Source: Candidatus Cloacimonadales bacterium
Lineage (GTDB): Bacteria > Cloacimonadota > Cloacimonadia > Cloacimonadales > JAFGVF01
Length of the DNA stretch: 64,000 nt
NCBI GenBank assembly: GCA_963662585.1
Contig: OY759729.1
Span: forward strand, 192,001-256,000
Direction: 5' to 3'
The notes under the pieces are model-generated. The model worked only from the letters and a program-made list of their open reading frames with translations. It made no database searches and had not been told where the DNA came from. The translations under genes and the position numbers were made by a program. Position 1 is the first letter of the stretch. Each line of letters starts with the position of its first letter. This document shows, one piece after another, positions 9,435-19,868 of the stretch.

Positions 9435-10448
9435 CTAGATTTTAGTAGGGTCTTTACGAAGAAGATGAGGTTTCATAAGTAATTTAGCATATTGAGCTCT
9501 GGTATAGGCCCAAGGGTCATTACTATTGGCTTTATTCATTTTTCCTTGGAAATCAGCTATTGTTTTAAAAGCTTTTTTATCCATCCAGGATTCTAGTTCT
9601 TTCAAAATTGTTGAGATATGAGAAATTCCATGTCTGTATAGAGCACTAACAATTTGCACAGCATCAGCTCCAGCTAAGATCATTTTAATAACATCTTCAG
9701 CATTGAAAATTCCACCACTACTACAAATTTTGGTATTTATCTCTTGAGAGAGAAGTCCTGTATAGCGAAGAGTAAGACGATTATCTTGTGGTCTGCTCAA
9801 GTTAAATGGGAAAGTATGTTCTAATTTTTCAATATTGATATCTGGTTGGAAGAAGCGATTAAAGACTACTATTCCAGCGATGCCTGTTTTACTCATCTCT
9901 TTGATAACATTTAAAGTATTGGTATAATCACTGCTTAATTTGACAGATACAGGAATGCTGAGCTTGGAAGTTAACTCTTTCAAAATAGCAATTTGCTCTG
10001 CTTCAATAGATTCTCCAGTCTTGGAAATATCTTTAGGACTAGAATAGAAATTTAATTCTAGGCCATCAATTCCAGTACTAGCCATTTGTTGGGCATAATC
10101 AAGCCAAGTCTCTTTATTAACAGCGTTTAAACTCCCTATTACAGGGATATTAACTATTTCTTTAGTCTTTTTTAACCAATAGAGGTGTTCATTAGGACCG
10201 ATTTCATCTAATTCAGAGAAGACTGTTATCATTTCTGAATGTTTATTATTTAAATTTTCTCTTTCCAATTCATCACGATAGCGTTCCAATTGAATCTGTT
10301 CTTCAAAGAGTGATTTTGCAACTAAGGCTGAAGCTCCAGACTCTTCAATGTTTTTGATAGTTTGCAAATTAGCTGTAAGACTACTTGCTCCTGCAATAAT
10401 AGGATTCTTGAGCTTTAAGCCCATATATTCAGTGGTAATATTTGCCAT
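9435..10448 (-). CDS. Dihydroorotate dehydrogenase-like flavoprotein
   Basis: YMGLKLKNPIIAGASSL, KSLFEEQI, PVIGSLN, PVSVKLS, VFNRFFQPDI, SSGGI...MILAGADAVQIVSALY. It lacks the canonical SCPN active-site Cys. Confidence 0.85.
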   Translation of the reverse strand: MANITTEYMGLKLKNPIIAGASSLTANLQTIKNIEESGASALVAKSLFEEQIQLERYRDELERENLNNKHSEMITVFSELDEIGPNEHLYWLKKTKEIVNIPVIGSLNAVNKETWLDYAQQMASTGIDGLELNFYSSPKDISKTGESIEAEQIAILKELTSKLSIPVSVKLSSDYTNTLNVIKEMSKTGIAGIVVFNRFFQPDINIEKLEHTFPFNLSRPQDNRLTLRYTGLLSQEINTKICSSGGIFNAEDVIKMILAGADAVQIVSALYRHGISHISTILKELESWMDKKAFKTIADFQGKMNKANSNDPWAYTRAQYAKLLMKPHLLRKDPTKI

Positions 10449-10648
10449 AATTATTCTCCTCTAACCTGACCTAGCCAATTAACAAAATGTAATTGAACAT
10501 TTCTGGTTATTGTGTTTAGTTTTTAATAATATAATGACTTTATTCCAGCAATGCAAATCTTCTTTTGATAAATTGTTTTTGGGAGGGTTAAGTAGGATTG
10601 AAGATATATATTATTGCTAATTCAGTGAAGCAGGTAAGATCCCCGCTT

Positions 10649-10779
10649 TCCCAGTTAATGCCTGCAAGGATGAAAGCGCTCCCAGTTGATGCCTACAGGG
10701 ATGCAAGCGCTCCCAGTTATTGCCTGCAGGGATGTAAGCGCTCCCAGTTAATGCCTGCAAGGATGCAAGCGCTCCCAGT
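10649..10779. repeat. 31-bp tandem repeat, 4 units plus a partial unit
   Basis: TCCCAGTTAATGCCTGCAAGGATGCAAGCGC consensus; TCCCAGT at 10649, 10680, 10711, 10742 and 10773. Confidence 0.95.
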
Positions 10780-10781
10780 GT

Positions 10782-10813
10782 AAAAAAGACAAGCCCAGCT
10801 TGTGCTGGGCTTT
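10782..10813 (-). terminator. Intrinsic terminator of serC
   Basis: AAGCCCAGC-TTGT-GCTGGGCTT hairpin with a T-tract on the minus strand, about 30 nt after the serC stop. Confidence 0.75.
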
Positions 10814-10840
10814 CTCATATTATTTATAAGGAGCTAAAAA

Positions 10841-11929
10841 TTATTCATTATCAGCTTGGAATTTCTTCATGAACTCGCCTAAAGCTTTAGCACTTTCTAA
10901 TGGGCATGAGTTATAAACAGAAGCACGGCAACCGCCAACACTTCTATGACCTTTAAGTCCGATCATACCTTGAGCTTTAGCTTCAGCAATGAATTTCTTT
11001 TCTAATTCTTCTGAATTTAAAACGAAAGGAATATTCATTAAAGATCTATCTTCTTTAACAACAGTACCTTTGTAGAAACCGTTAGAATTATCGATGGCAT
11101 CATAGATATAGTTAGCTTTTTTAACATTATGAGCATGTAATTTATCTAAACCACCAAAACCTTCGATCCATTTTAAAACTTCACCAACAACATAAATGTT
11201 GAAAGCAGGAGGAGTGTTAAACATTGAACCTTTTTTGATATGAGTTTGATAATCTAACATAGTAGGAAGATTTTTGTTCATTTTATCAACAATGCTCTTT
11301 CTGATAGCAACGACTGTTACACCAGCTGGACCAACATTCTTTTGAGCACCAGCATATATTAAGTCGTATTTTTTGAAATCATAAGGTCTGCTTAAGAAGT
11401 TTGATGACATATCAGCAACTAATAAAACACCTTCAGGAAGAACAGGAGTTTGAGCATATTCTGTTCCGCGGATTGTGTTGTTAGTAGTAATGTGTAAGAA
11501 AGCAGGGTTAGCTGAAAGATTAATTTCTTTAGGAATATAAGTGAAGTCTTTATCTTCAGAAGAAGCAGCTATATGCATACCTTTACCAATTTTCTTAGCT
11601 TCTTTAAGAGCTGTAGAAGCCCAAGTACCTGTATTCACATAATTACCTTCTTGACCATCAGCAATAAGGTTCATTGCAACCATAAGGAATTGAGTTGAAG
11701 CACCACCACCAAGGAAAAGAACTTCATATTCGTCTCCTAAGTCCATGATTCTTTTAACTGCTGCAGTAGCATCATCAATAATCTTTTGGTATTCAGCTGA
11801 ACGGTGAGACATTTCCATTACTGAAAGTCCGTAACCTTTGTAACTAATCAAATTAGCTTGAACATCTTTTAATACTTCTACTGGCAATACAGATGGACCA
11901 GCGTTAAAGTTATGAATTCTGTTTTCCAT
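10841..11929 (-). CDS. serC: Phosphoserine aminotransferase
   Basis: HNFNAGPSVLP, SVMEMSHRS, DMSS, YAGAQKNVGPAG, GLKGHRSVGGCRAS. Confidence 0.97.
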   Translation of the reverse strand: MENRIHNFNAGPSVLPVEVLKDVQANLISYKGYGLSVMEMSHRSAEYQKIIDDATAAVKRIMDLGDEYEVLFLGGGASTQFLMVAMNLIADGQEGNYVNTGTWASTALKEAKKIGKGMHIAASSEDKDFTYIPKEINLSANPAFLHITTNNTIRGTEYAQTPVLPEGVLLVADMSSNFLSRPYDFKKYDLIYAGAQKNVGPAGVTVVAIRKSIVDKMNKNLPTMLDYQTHIKKGSMFNTPPAFNIYVVGEVLKWIEGFGGLDKLHAHNVKKANYIYDAIDNSNGFYKGTVVKEDRSLMNIPFVLNSEELEKKFIAEAKAQGMIGLKGHRSVGGCRASVYNSCPLESAKALGEFMKKFQADNE

Positions 11930-12101
11930 ATTAATACTCCGAATTTTATTTTAGTACCAAAATATTAATTGTTAATTTCTTTGGCAAGTAATTTTATTAA
12001 AAGAAAAAAAAACTTACGAAAGCAAAAAAAATATAGACAAATGAGTAGAGCATTTTAAATTAAAGCTTAAAAGGAAATCATAATTTAGGGAAGGATATAA
12101 A

Positions 12102-12695
12102 ATGTTATCTGAATTACTTAAAGGGAAAAAAATTGTCTTAGCCTCAGCCTCTCCTCGTCGGAAGGAGATATTTAAAAACATAGGGATACGGCCCCTTCAT
12201 ATACCAGCCAATATAGATGAAGAGATGTTTGATATAGCTCCTTACAAATTAGTTATGATGCATTCTGAGAATAAAGCTAAAGAAGTGGCTCAACATTTAG
12301 ATCACAAGTGCATCGTAATAGGTGCTGATACAGTTGTCTTTTTAGATGGAAAAATACTTGGTAAACCCAATAGTAAATATCAAGCTTTTGATTATTTAGA
12401 AAAGTTATCAGGTAAGAAGCATTTCGTTTATACTGGTGTAACAATATGTTATAAGAAGATAGTTAAAACTTTTTATGAGAAAACCACAGTGGAATTTGAT
12501 GAATTATCACAATTTGATATAGAGAATTATGTAGAGACAGGAGATAGCTTTGATAAAGCTGGAGCCTATGGAATCCAAGGTTATGGAAGTCAATTTATAA
12601 AGAAGATTAATGGCTGTTATTTTAATGTTATGGGTTTTCCCATTAATAAATTTTATCGAGAAATAAAGAAAATTTTACAGAATAGTGAGAAATAA
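12102..12695 (+). CDS. maf: Maf family nucleoside triphosphate pyrophosphatase
   Basis: IVLASASPRRKE, IGADTVV, ILGKP, DKAGAYGIQG, GCYFNVMGFP. Confidence 0.95.
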   Translation: MLSELLKGKKIVLASASPRRKEIFKNIGIRPLHIPANIDEEMFDIAPYKLVMMHSENKAKEVAQHLDHKCIVIGADTVVFLDGKILGKPNSKYQAFDYLEKLSGKKHFVYTGVTICYKKIVKTFYEKTTVEFDELSQFDIENYVETGDSFDKAGAYGIQGYGSQFIKKINGCYFNVMGFPINKFYREIKKILQNSEK

Positions 12696-14155
12696 TGAAA
12701 CTATATTATAATGCTAAATTCTATTCCATGGATGAAGAAGAGAATATTTATCAAGCTGTTTTAGTTAATAATGGGATAATAATCGATTGCTTTCAGTCTA
12801 TGCCAAAAATACTAGATGTAGAAAAAATAGATCTTAAAGGAGCAACTGTATTTCCTGGATTCACTGATTCCCATACTCACTCTTTTGAAGGTGGTTTATA
12901 TAGTATGGGAGCAGATTTACAGACAGCTACTTCTTTAGGGGAAGTACTAGAGTTGATTAAGGAATCGCCTGTAATAGGAAATTATAAATTTGCTTATGGT
13001 TTAGATGAGAATAAATTAAAGGAAAAAAGATTTCCTACTATAGAAGAGCTTGATAGAGTTCTTCCTAATAATCCCCTTCTATTAAGAAGAGTTGATGGTC
13101 ATTCCTGTGTTATCAACAGCCAAGCACTCTCAATCATAAAATTCCCTAAAGAATTAGGTCCCAATTTCAATGGTTTATTAAATAGAGAAAACAATGATAT
13201 TGCTGCCCATACTTTCCATAACACACTTACTGATGAGGCGATTATCAAAGCCTATTCTGCTGCAGATAGTATTGCTGCTCAAAGCGGTTTAACTTCTGTT
13301 CACACAATGATAGGTGATGCCCAATATAGCTATAATCATTTCCCTCTTATTCAAGATAATTTAGCTAGATTCTCCACTAATTTTGTTTTATATCCTCAGT
13401 TTTTTGATATTGAAAAAGCATTAGAAAGATCTTCTAAAAGAATAGGTGGTTGCATTTTAGCTGATGGTTCTTTCGGGTCCCATACTGCTGCCCTGTCACA
13501 AGCCTACTCTGACAAGCCTACTTCCTATGGCAATTTATACCAAGATGATAAATTCTGGGAGAGTTTTGTAGAAAAAGCTCATGAAAAGAATCTTCAGGTC
13601 GGAGTTCACTGTATTGGAGATAAGGCTATCACTCAAATTGTTAAGGCTTATGCTAAAGCCCAAGAGAAAAATCCTAAAGACCTTAAACACCAGATTATTC
13701 ATAACGAATTAATGAGCGATGAATCATTAGCCTTAATGCAAAAATATAATATCTCAGCTGTTATGCAACCTAGCTTTGATAAACTTTGGGGTGGAGATGA
13801 TCAATTTTATGCTGAAGTGCTTGGTCTTGAAAGAGCAATGAAGACCAATAGACTTAAAACAATCTTAGATTCAGGAGTTCTATTGGCAGGAAGTTCAGAT
13901 TGGTATATCACAACTTTAGATATTTTAGAGCAATTACAAGCAGCCATTTCACATCATAATCCTCAAGAGAGATTATCTGTTAAAGAAGCAATAAAAATCT
14001 ATACTTTAAATGCTGCTAAGTTAGAAGGTGTTGAGAATAAAGGTTTGATAGCTAAAAACTATTTAGCTAATCTGACTATTCTCCAAAATGATCCGATTGC
14101 TAATAATAACTTCTTAAATAATAAAATACTAGCTGTAGTAGTAGCAGGAAAATAA
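12695..14155 (+). CDS. Amidohydrolase 3 family (YtcJ-like) metal-dependent hydrolase
   Basis: PGFTDSHTH, RVDGHS, ADGSFGSHTAAL, HCIGDKA, IIHNE, GSSDW. Confidence 0.88.
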   Translation: MKLYYNAKFYSMDEEENIYQAVLVNNGIIIDCFQSMPKILDVEKIDLKGATVFPGFTDSHTHSFEGGLYSMGADLQTATSLGEVLELIKESPVIGNYKFAYGLDENKLKEKRFPTIEELDRVLPNNPLLLRRVDGHSCVINSQALSIIKFPKELGPNFNGLLNRENNDIAAHTFHNTLTDEAIIKAYSAADSIAAQSGLTSVHTMIGDAQYSYNHFPLIQDNLARFSTNFVLYPQFFDIEKALERSSKRIGGCILADGSFGSHTAALSQAYSDKPTSYGNLYQDDKFWESFVEKAHEKNLQVGVHCIGDKAITQIVKAYAKAQEKNPKDLKHQIIHNELMSDESLALMQKYNISAVMQPSFDKLWGGDDQFYAEVLGLERAMKTNRLKTILDSGVLLAGSSDWYITTLDILEQLQAAISHHNPQERLSVKEAIKIYTLNAAKLEGVENKGLIAKNYLANLTILQNDPIANNNFLNNKILAVVVAGK

Positions 14156-14164
14156 AAAGGTTAT

Positions 14165-14662
14165 ATGTTTAATCAACGCAAAGCAAAAATGTTAATAGAA
14201 CAAGAGTTAACCCTCTTTCCCAAGGCTAGTATGACAGATATCTATAAACTTTTCTTTCAAAATTGCCGTGGAAGTGGTCATTTTTGTCAAGATTTAACCA
14301 TCATTAAAGAGAGAATAACTGATGAAATTAAAGTTATTGATTTAAAGAATTTTCACTATCCTGAATATGATATATCCTACCTTTTCGAAATTAAAAGAGT
14401 GAATTTAATCTCAATTATCAAAGGAAAATATGACCTTAATTTTGTTGCTGATAGGTTTTTAGCCTTATCTGTAATGCCTAATACTCTTAGTATCGAGGCA
14501 TGGACAAAAGAATGGAGTGAAATTCAAAAGTTAACTTTAAAATTATACCCAGAAATTATTAATGATTTATCAATTAAGAATATGGACTTCAGTCAATCTC
14601 TGCACCACAGTGAGATATATAGGAAAAGCTATCATCCTCACTATAGAATATGTAATTTATAA
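14165..14662 (+). CDS. Conserved hypothetical protein (DIYK..FQ...G.GH / HHS..Y...Y.PHYR motifs)
   Basis: 165-aa ORF tightly packed in the operon, with His-rich motifs at both ends. Confidence 0.75.
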   Translation: MFNQRKAKMLIEQELTLFPKASMTDIYKLFFQNCRGSGHFCQDLTIIKERITDEIKVIDLKNFHYPEYDISYLFEIKRVNLISIIKGKYDLNFVADRFLALSVMPNTLSIEAWTKEWSEIQKLTLKLYPEIINDLSIKNMDFSQSLHHSEIYRKSYHPHYRICNL

Positions 14663-14664
14663 AG

Positions 14665-15567
14665 ATGAGAATAGAGGAAAATATCAATTTACTTTCACAA
14701 AAGTGGAAGAAGATATATGATTGTCGAGTAATGAAAATTGGCTTAAGTTTGGGACTTACCTGTCCTAACAGAGAGAAAGGTGCTTGTATTTTCTGTTTAC
14801 CAAGCACTTTCACCGACGAAATCAACGATAAGAATATACTCACTATTCCTCAACAGATAGATATTCTCCTGCCAAAAATTATGCAAAAGACCAAAACTAG
14901 TAAATTTATTGCCTATCTTCAAGATGAAACAACTACTGCTTGTAGTATTAATTATTTGCAAGAATCATTGGCAATAATTGAAAAGAGCAATATATTTGAA
15001 GAAGTAATAATCTCCACTCGCCCTGATTATATTGATGAAGATATTTTAAAAGTTATAAAAAGTGTTAACATACCAATCACTATCGAAATTGGGATGCAGA
15101 CAATACACGATTCCTCTCTCAATTTTCTGAATAGGAATCATACTCACCAAGAGAGTATCCATGCTTTAAAGATGTGTGAAGAGTTTCATATCCCTACAGG
15201 AGTTCATCTAATTTTAGGAATCCCTAATGAGACCCAAGAGATGAACCTAGAAACCATTAATTTCATAAATAAAAACAAGAATATCAGTGATGTTAAAATT
15301 CATAATTTAGTTGTATATAGAGAGACAAAATTAGCTGATATTTATCAAAATCATAATTTCCTTTCTTATGAAGAATATTTAGAGTTGCTAGCAAAGATAA
15401 TAGGTCATTTAAGTCCAGAAAAAACTATATCTAGACTTTTTACAAGTAATTTGAGAAGAGATTCTCTTGCTTTAAATAGCTTTCCTGGATTTAAACAAAT
15501 TTGGCTCAAAGATTTGTGGTTACTTTTAAAGAAAAAATCTATTTTTCAAGGAAGTTCTCTAGTCTAA
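14665..15567 (+). CDS. Radical SAM protein, TIGR01212 (YhcC/YtqA-like)
   Basis: TCPNREKGACIFC, STRPD, IEIGMQTIHD, HLILGIP, VKIHNL. Confidence 0.85.
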   Translation: MRIEENINLLSQKWKKIYDCRVMKIGLSLGLTCPNREKGACIFCLPSTFTDEINDKNILTIPQQIDILLPKIMQKTKTSKFIAYLQDETTTACSINYLQESLAIIEKSNIFEEVIISTRPDYIDEDILKVIKSVNIPITIEIGMQTIHDSSLNFLNRNHTHQESIHALKMCEEFHIPTGVHLILGIPNETQEMNLETINFINKNKNISDVKIHNLVVYRETKLADIYQNHNFLSYEEYLELLAKIIGHLSPEKTISRLFTSNLRRDSLALNSFPGFKQIWLKDLWLLLKKKSIFQGSSLV

Positions 15568-15699
15568 TTAGATTTAAATCATTATGAGATAAGAGAATGC
15601 GTGATTATAAAAAATATCTGTAAATAAAATTCTTTACAAATTTAAGATTATCTTAGATAATGTTAAATAAATATGCAAAATAAAATAATAGGGTACCAT

Positions 15700-18414
15700 A
15701 TGAAAAAAGTATTGATCGTATTATTAGCGATATTTGCTTGTTCGATCGCACAAGCAACTATCGATTTAAACACAGCGACATTGGAAGAACTCAAAACTCT
15801 TCCAATTACTGAACAACAAGCTCAAGATATCTTTGAATATCGTGAATTTGTGAGTTTCTTTGAGAGCATTTTTGATCTTAGAAGAATTGATTCTATAGAT
15901 CAAAAGACTATGCTCAATATTAGAAAGGAAGTGAAAATTTCTCGTTACACTGACATCGATGAAGTCGAACAGCGTAGAGAAGAAATCGGATATCTATTAG
16001 AAAATTTAGGTAATAGTGAAGGCTCTTCTGAAGGTATGAATGATGTTTGGCAAGACTACTTAATGTCTCCACAAAACATCAATTATATGCTTTATGAAGA
16101 CTTAATCAGTATTCCAAATGTATCAGCTGTTGATGCAGTAGCTATTCTTAAAAAAAGAGCTAATGGCGATAAATTCAGCAGTATTAGAGATATTCGTACC
16201 ACCCAGGGAATGTCGTATTATGGCTACTCAAATCTAAAAAATTATGTTTTCTTTGATGATTCTAAAGCTGTTAATAAAGTCTTTGTAGATTATCAATTCA
16301 AAATTGAATCACAAGACTTTGAAGAAGGTTCTACTGATATGTTTAAAGAACCACAGATTAGAGACACTTATAATGTAGATTATGATGATTTAATTGCTAT
16401 CAATAATGAACTTAGAAAAAAAGATAATTCCTATTATGGATATTTTAATCTAGATAGTTATCAGCCTGCTGTAAGTAACAAATTTAGAGCTAGATATGGT
16501 AATAAGTATAAATTTGGACTTATGGATTTCTCTGATAAAACACTTACTCCTACTATAGATAAAGGCTGGCAAGATCTTCGTGATGATGCTAAGTATTATG
16601 CAGGTTACGAAGATAAGTACACTCTAAATGATAATCGTGGTGGTTCATACTTTGTGAAAGCCTATGCAGGTCATTACAGAGCTACTTATGGTGAAGGTCT
16701 TGTCATGGAGAATACTGATTTTTACTCTCCTAGAAAAACTGGATTAGGCTTCTCTAAAAGAATTATGGGAATTACTCCTGATTTATCAAAAAGCCAGACA
16801 ACAGCCCTTAGAGGTGGTGCTGTTGAAGTTAAAAATGACTTCTTTACTGGTTCTTTCTTCTACTCTAATGCTAAAAAAGACGCCTTAGTTTATATGGAGA
16901 AATATACAGATGAAAATGGTAAAACATGGTCAGTACCTGTTAAAGATGAAGACGGCAACTATAAAGTATTCTCTTATATCACCTCTACTATTAGATTTGA
17001 TAATGATGATTTAGCCGAAGCTGAAGCTCATTTTAATCAAGAGTTAGGAACTCAAGAACTTCAATATACTGGTGATTATGCTGGTTATGATGTTGATTAT
17101 CTCAGCTTAGCTCCAAGAAAGAATATTGTTCATGAACAAATTCTTGGTGGTCATGTTCAATATAATCCGCTAATTGGAACTAGATTAGGTTTCACAACTT
17201 ATACTGCAACATATAATAATGCAGAGTTTGTTGTTCCTGAAGGTGGAGATTTGATGAGTCTAATTATTCGTAATAATAATAATTATAATAAGTGGAAACA
17301 ACCAAACACCGCAATTGAAGCGATGTATTCAACAAAAACAGATGAATATGATCGTGATTATAGAAGAGTTATTGGTTTCGATGGTGGAACTGTAATAAAT
17401 AATGTATCAATTGATGGTGAATATGCTGAGTTAACTACTAATGGTGATGATATGAAATTAGGCGATGATCCTAAAGCATATTTAGTTAAAGCCCATACTC
17501 AATATAATAATTTCTATTTCTTAACTCTATATAGAAACTATGATTTAGCTTTCGATAATCCTTACTCAAATGCCTTTGCTGAACAACCTAAGTACGATGA
17601 TACAATCTTAGATAAAAACATCTATGCCTTGGTTAATCCTCTAATTTCTGATGTCTATCAGAATTCTTCTCAAGCTCAAGCTGAGAAAGGTGTCTATTTC
17701 GAAACTCGTTATCAATTCCATCGTAACTTTATTCTTGGAAGAACCTATCTTGATGTATTTGAAAGAGTTGCTGATAGCAGAAATACTGTTAGATTCCAAA
17801 GTGAATTAGAGTATAGAGCTTTCCATCAACTTAGATTCAAATTAAAATATAAGAATCAGGTTAACAGATATGCTGATGATGCGGAAAGAGGTGTTTCAAA
17901 TACTCAAGAGTACACTCTTAGTGCTAGAATGCTCCTCTCTAATAGAAATTACTTGGATATAGAATATCGTTATAATACAGTAAAATCACCTCCTTATGTA
18001 TCTTTAACCAATCCGGCTGAAGAAGGAGAAAATAGTCATGCTCAATCAATGAGCTATATGAATGGTGACTATATTGCTGCTAATTACACTCACTATTTAA
18101 GTAAAAAATTAAAAGTTCGTGGCTCAGTATGTTTCTGGAATGGCTATGATATATCACATTGGGACTGGGAAGATATTGAATTAGACTTCATGGGTGATAG
18201 AGGATTCAAATACTGGTTCACTATCCAAAATAATATTTCTGAAAACCTTTATCTCTCATTTAAGTACAAGACTAAGATTTACAGAACTCAAGAATTATTC
18301 ATTAGAAAGTATAATACTACTGATGATCCTGGATTCCAAGAGATGCCAACCTATTACGATAGAGTTGAAAAGAAAGATAATACTTTTAGATTACAAATTG
18401 ATTATAGATTTTAA
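15700..18414 (+). CDS. Exported protein with ComEA-type helix-hairpin-helix domains and a probable C-terminal outer-membrane beta-barrel
   Basis: Signal peptide MKKVLIVLLAIFACSIAQA; IDLNTATLEELKTLP...IFEYRE...F.SIFDLRRI; a second unit NINYMLYEDLISIPNVS; beta-strand-rich C-terminal half ending RLQIDYRF. Start refined from 15673. Confidence 0.82.
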   Translation: MKKVLIVLLAIFACSIAQATIDLNTATLEELKTLPITEQQAQDIFEYREFVSFFESIFDLRRIDSIDQKTMLNIRKEVKISRYTDIDEVEQRREEIGYLLENLGNSEGSSEGMNDVWQDYLMSPQNINYMLYEDLISIPNVSAVDAVAILKKRANGDKFSSIRDIRTTQGMSYYGYSNLKNYVFFDDSKAVNKVFVDYQFKIESQDFEEGSTDMFKEPQIRDTYNVDYDDLIAINNELRKKDNSYYGYFNLDSYQPAVSNKFRARYGNKYKFGLMDFSDKTLTPTIDKGWQDLRDDAKYYAGYEDKYTLNDNRGGSYFVKAYAGHYRATYGEGLVMENTDFYSPRKTGLGFSKRIMGITPDLSKSQTTALRGGAVEVKNDFFTGSFFYSNAKKDALVYMEKYTDENGKTWSVPVKDEDGNYKVFSYITSTIRFDNDDLAEAEAHFNQELGTQELQYTGDYAGYDVDYLSLAPRKNIVHEQILGGHVQYNPLIGTRLGFTTYTATYNNAEFVVPEGGDLMSLIIRNNNNYNKWKQPNTAIEAMYSTKTDEYDRDYRRVIGFDGGTVINNVSIDGEYAELTTNGDDMKLGDDPKAYLVKAHTQYNNFYFLTLYRNYDLAFDNPYSNAFAEQPKYDDTILDKNIYALVNPLISDVYQNSSQAQAEKGVYFETRYQFHRNFILGRTYLDVFERVADSRNTVRFQSELEYRAFHQLRFKLKYKNQVNRYADDAERGVSNTQEYTLSARMLLSNRNYLDIEYRYNTVKSPPYVSLTNPAEEGENSHAQSMSYMNGDYIAANYTHYLSKKLKVRGSVCFWNGYDISHWDWEDIELDFMGDRGFKYWFTIQNNISENLYLSFKYKTKIYRTQELFIRKYNTTDDPGFQEMPTYYDRVEKKDNTFRLQIDYRF

Positions 18415-18426
18415 TTGGAGGATTTA

Positions 18427-19845
18427 ATGTATAGAAAAATAATAATTTTATTACTAACAGTTTTAGCTGTTGGAACTTTAAGTGGGTATTCGTTAAATGA
18501 ATCGCATTACGGATATAAATTAAACACATTTGATGCAACAGCTGTTAGTATGGGAAATACAGGTACTGCAGGTTCCTCTAATCCCCTAGGTATTACCCTT
18601 AACGCTATTAATACCCTAAATCAAAATCAAACATTTGGTTTTGAAACATCAATAAATGCTAATAAAGTTGAAGATAAGAGATCTTTCCCTATGTATAACT
18701 CCTTCAACTCTTATATTAATGAATCAACCTACACAGCTCAAGAGAACATCTTCTACAACTTAGGTGTTGCTATTGCTGGTAAATATAGTGTAAATAAAAA
18801 GAACCATTTTGGCTTCGGCTTATATATGGCCCCTAAATATAGCTTCGCTGGTGAATATCTTGAAGAAGTTAGAAATAACGATAATTCAAATGATGATAAT
18901 TTCCCTGCTAAAATAGCTGTAAATAAGATTGATAACGAAGGTGCTATCTATGCTTATGGTTTATCTTTAGCTTATAAATACTCTTATGATAATTTAACTT
19001 ATCTTAAAAGTTTAGCTATCGGTGCTAATGTAGAAATGCTTTCAGGTAATGCAGATTCTGATAAGACTATAAGATTCACTGACTGGGCACATGCTAATGC
19101 TGGTTACGGAACTCTTTTAGATTATGAAGAAACTTATAATCGTGATTTATCTGGTCTGGCTACTCAATTCAGTATGAACTATGAAGTAAACCATAGAACA
19201 ACTTTATCTTTTGTCTTTAGTCCTAAAACAACTATATCTGTAGATGCAGAATCTAAACTAAATGCTTATCGTACTTATGCTGATTCTACTAGCTTAGTAA
19301 GCATAATTCCAACAGGTGCAGATTCACTTAAACACGAATTAATGTTTAATGATTATGATCTTCCATCTTCTTATAAATTTGCCTTCCAATTCAAACCTCG
19401 TAATGTTTTAAAAACTACTTTTAATGTTGAAGCTGAATTGGTTCGCTGGTCAGAGACTAATAATCTTTTCCAAGATAAATACAACTACTATCTTGGGATA
19501 GAACATAAAATTATTGAGACTGTTCCTGTAAGATTAGGCTTTAGTTCTACTCACAGTTATGATATAGCTTATGATAATGAATATGCTTATACTGTTGAAT
19601 TAATGACACCTTCTGTTGCTCTTGGAACAGGATTTAAATTCTCAAATTCATTAAGAGCTGATCTAGGCTTTAAATACTCTTTCAGAGAATACGAAACATT
19701 AGATCTTTTCATGGATGAGTATTATGAAAATGCAAGTTTATGGCCTAATACTCATATTAGTCTTCAAAATCGTGACTGGTCAAATCCTGATACAGTAAAA
19801 GAGAATATATTTGACTTTATGTTCTCCTTAACATTGGATATTTAA
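18427..19845 (+). CDS. Outer-membrane beta-barrel protein (FadL/PorV-like)
   Basis: Signal peptide; DATAVSMGNTGTA..NP plug-like motif; amphipathic strands; ends FSLTLDI. GGAGG precedes ATG 18427. Confidence 0.7.
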   Translation: MYRKIIILLLTVLAVGTLSGYSLNESHYGYKLNTFDATAVSMGNTGTAGSSNPLGITLNAINTLNQNQTFGFETSINANKVEDKRSFPMYNSFNSYINESTYTAQENIFYNLGVAIAGKYSVNKKNHFGFGLYMAPKYSFAGEYLEEVRNNDNSNDDNFPAKIAVNKIDNEGAIYAYGLSLAYKYSYDNLTYLKSLAIGANVEMLSGNADSDKTIRFTDWAHANAGYGTLLDYEETYNRDLSGLATQFSMNYEVNHRTTLSFVFSPKTTISVDAESKLNAYRTYADSTSLVSIIPTGADSLKHELMFNDYDLPSSYKFAFQFKPRNVLKTTFNVEAELVRWSETNNLFQDKYNYYLGIEHKIIETVPVRLGFSSTHSYDIAYDNEYAYTVELMTPSVALGTGFKFSNSLRADLGFKYSFREYETLDLFMDEYYENASLWPNTHISLQNRDWSNPDTVKENIFDFMFSLTLDI

Positions 19846-19868
19846 CCCTAAAATAAATAAGGTAAATT

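Noticed and set aside
10598..10783. 61-aa ORF with internal repeats
   Set aside because: It is a translation of the 31-bp tandem repeat; the period is not a multiple of 3.
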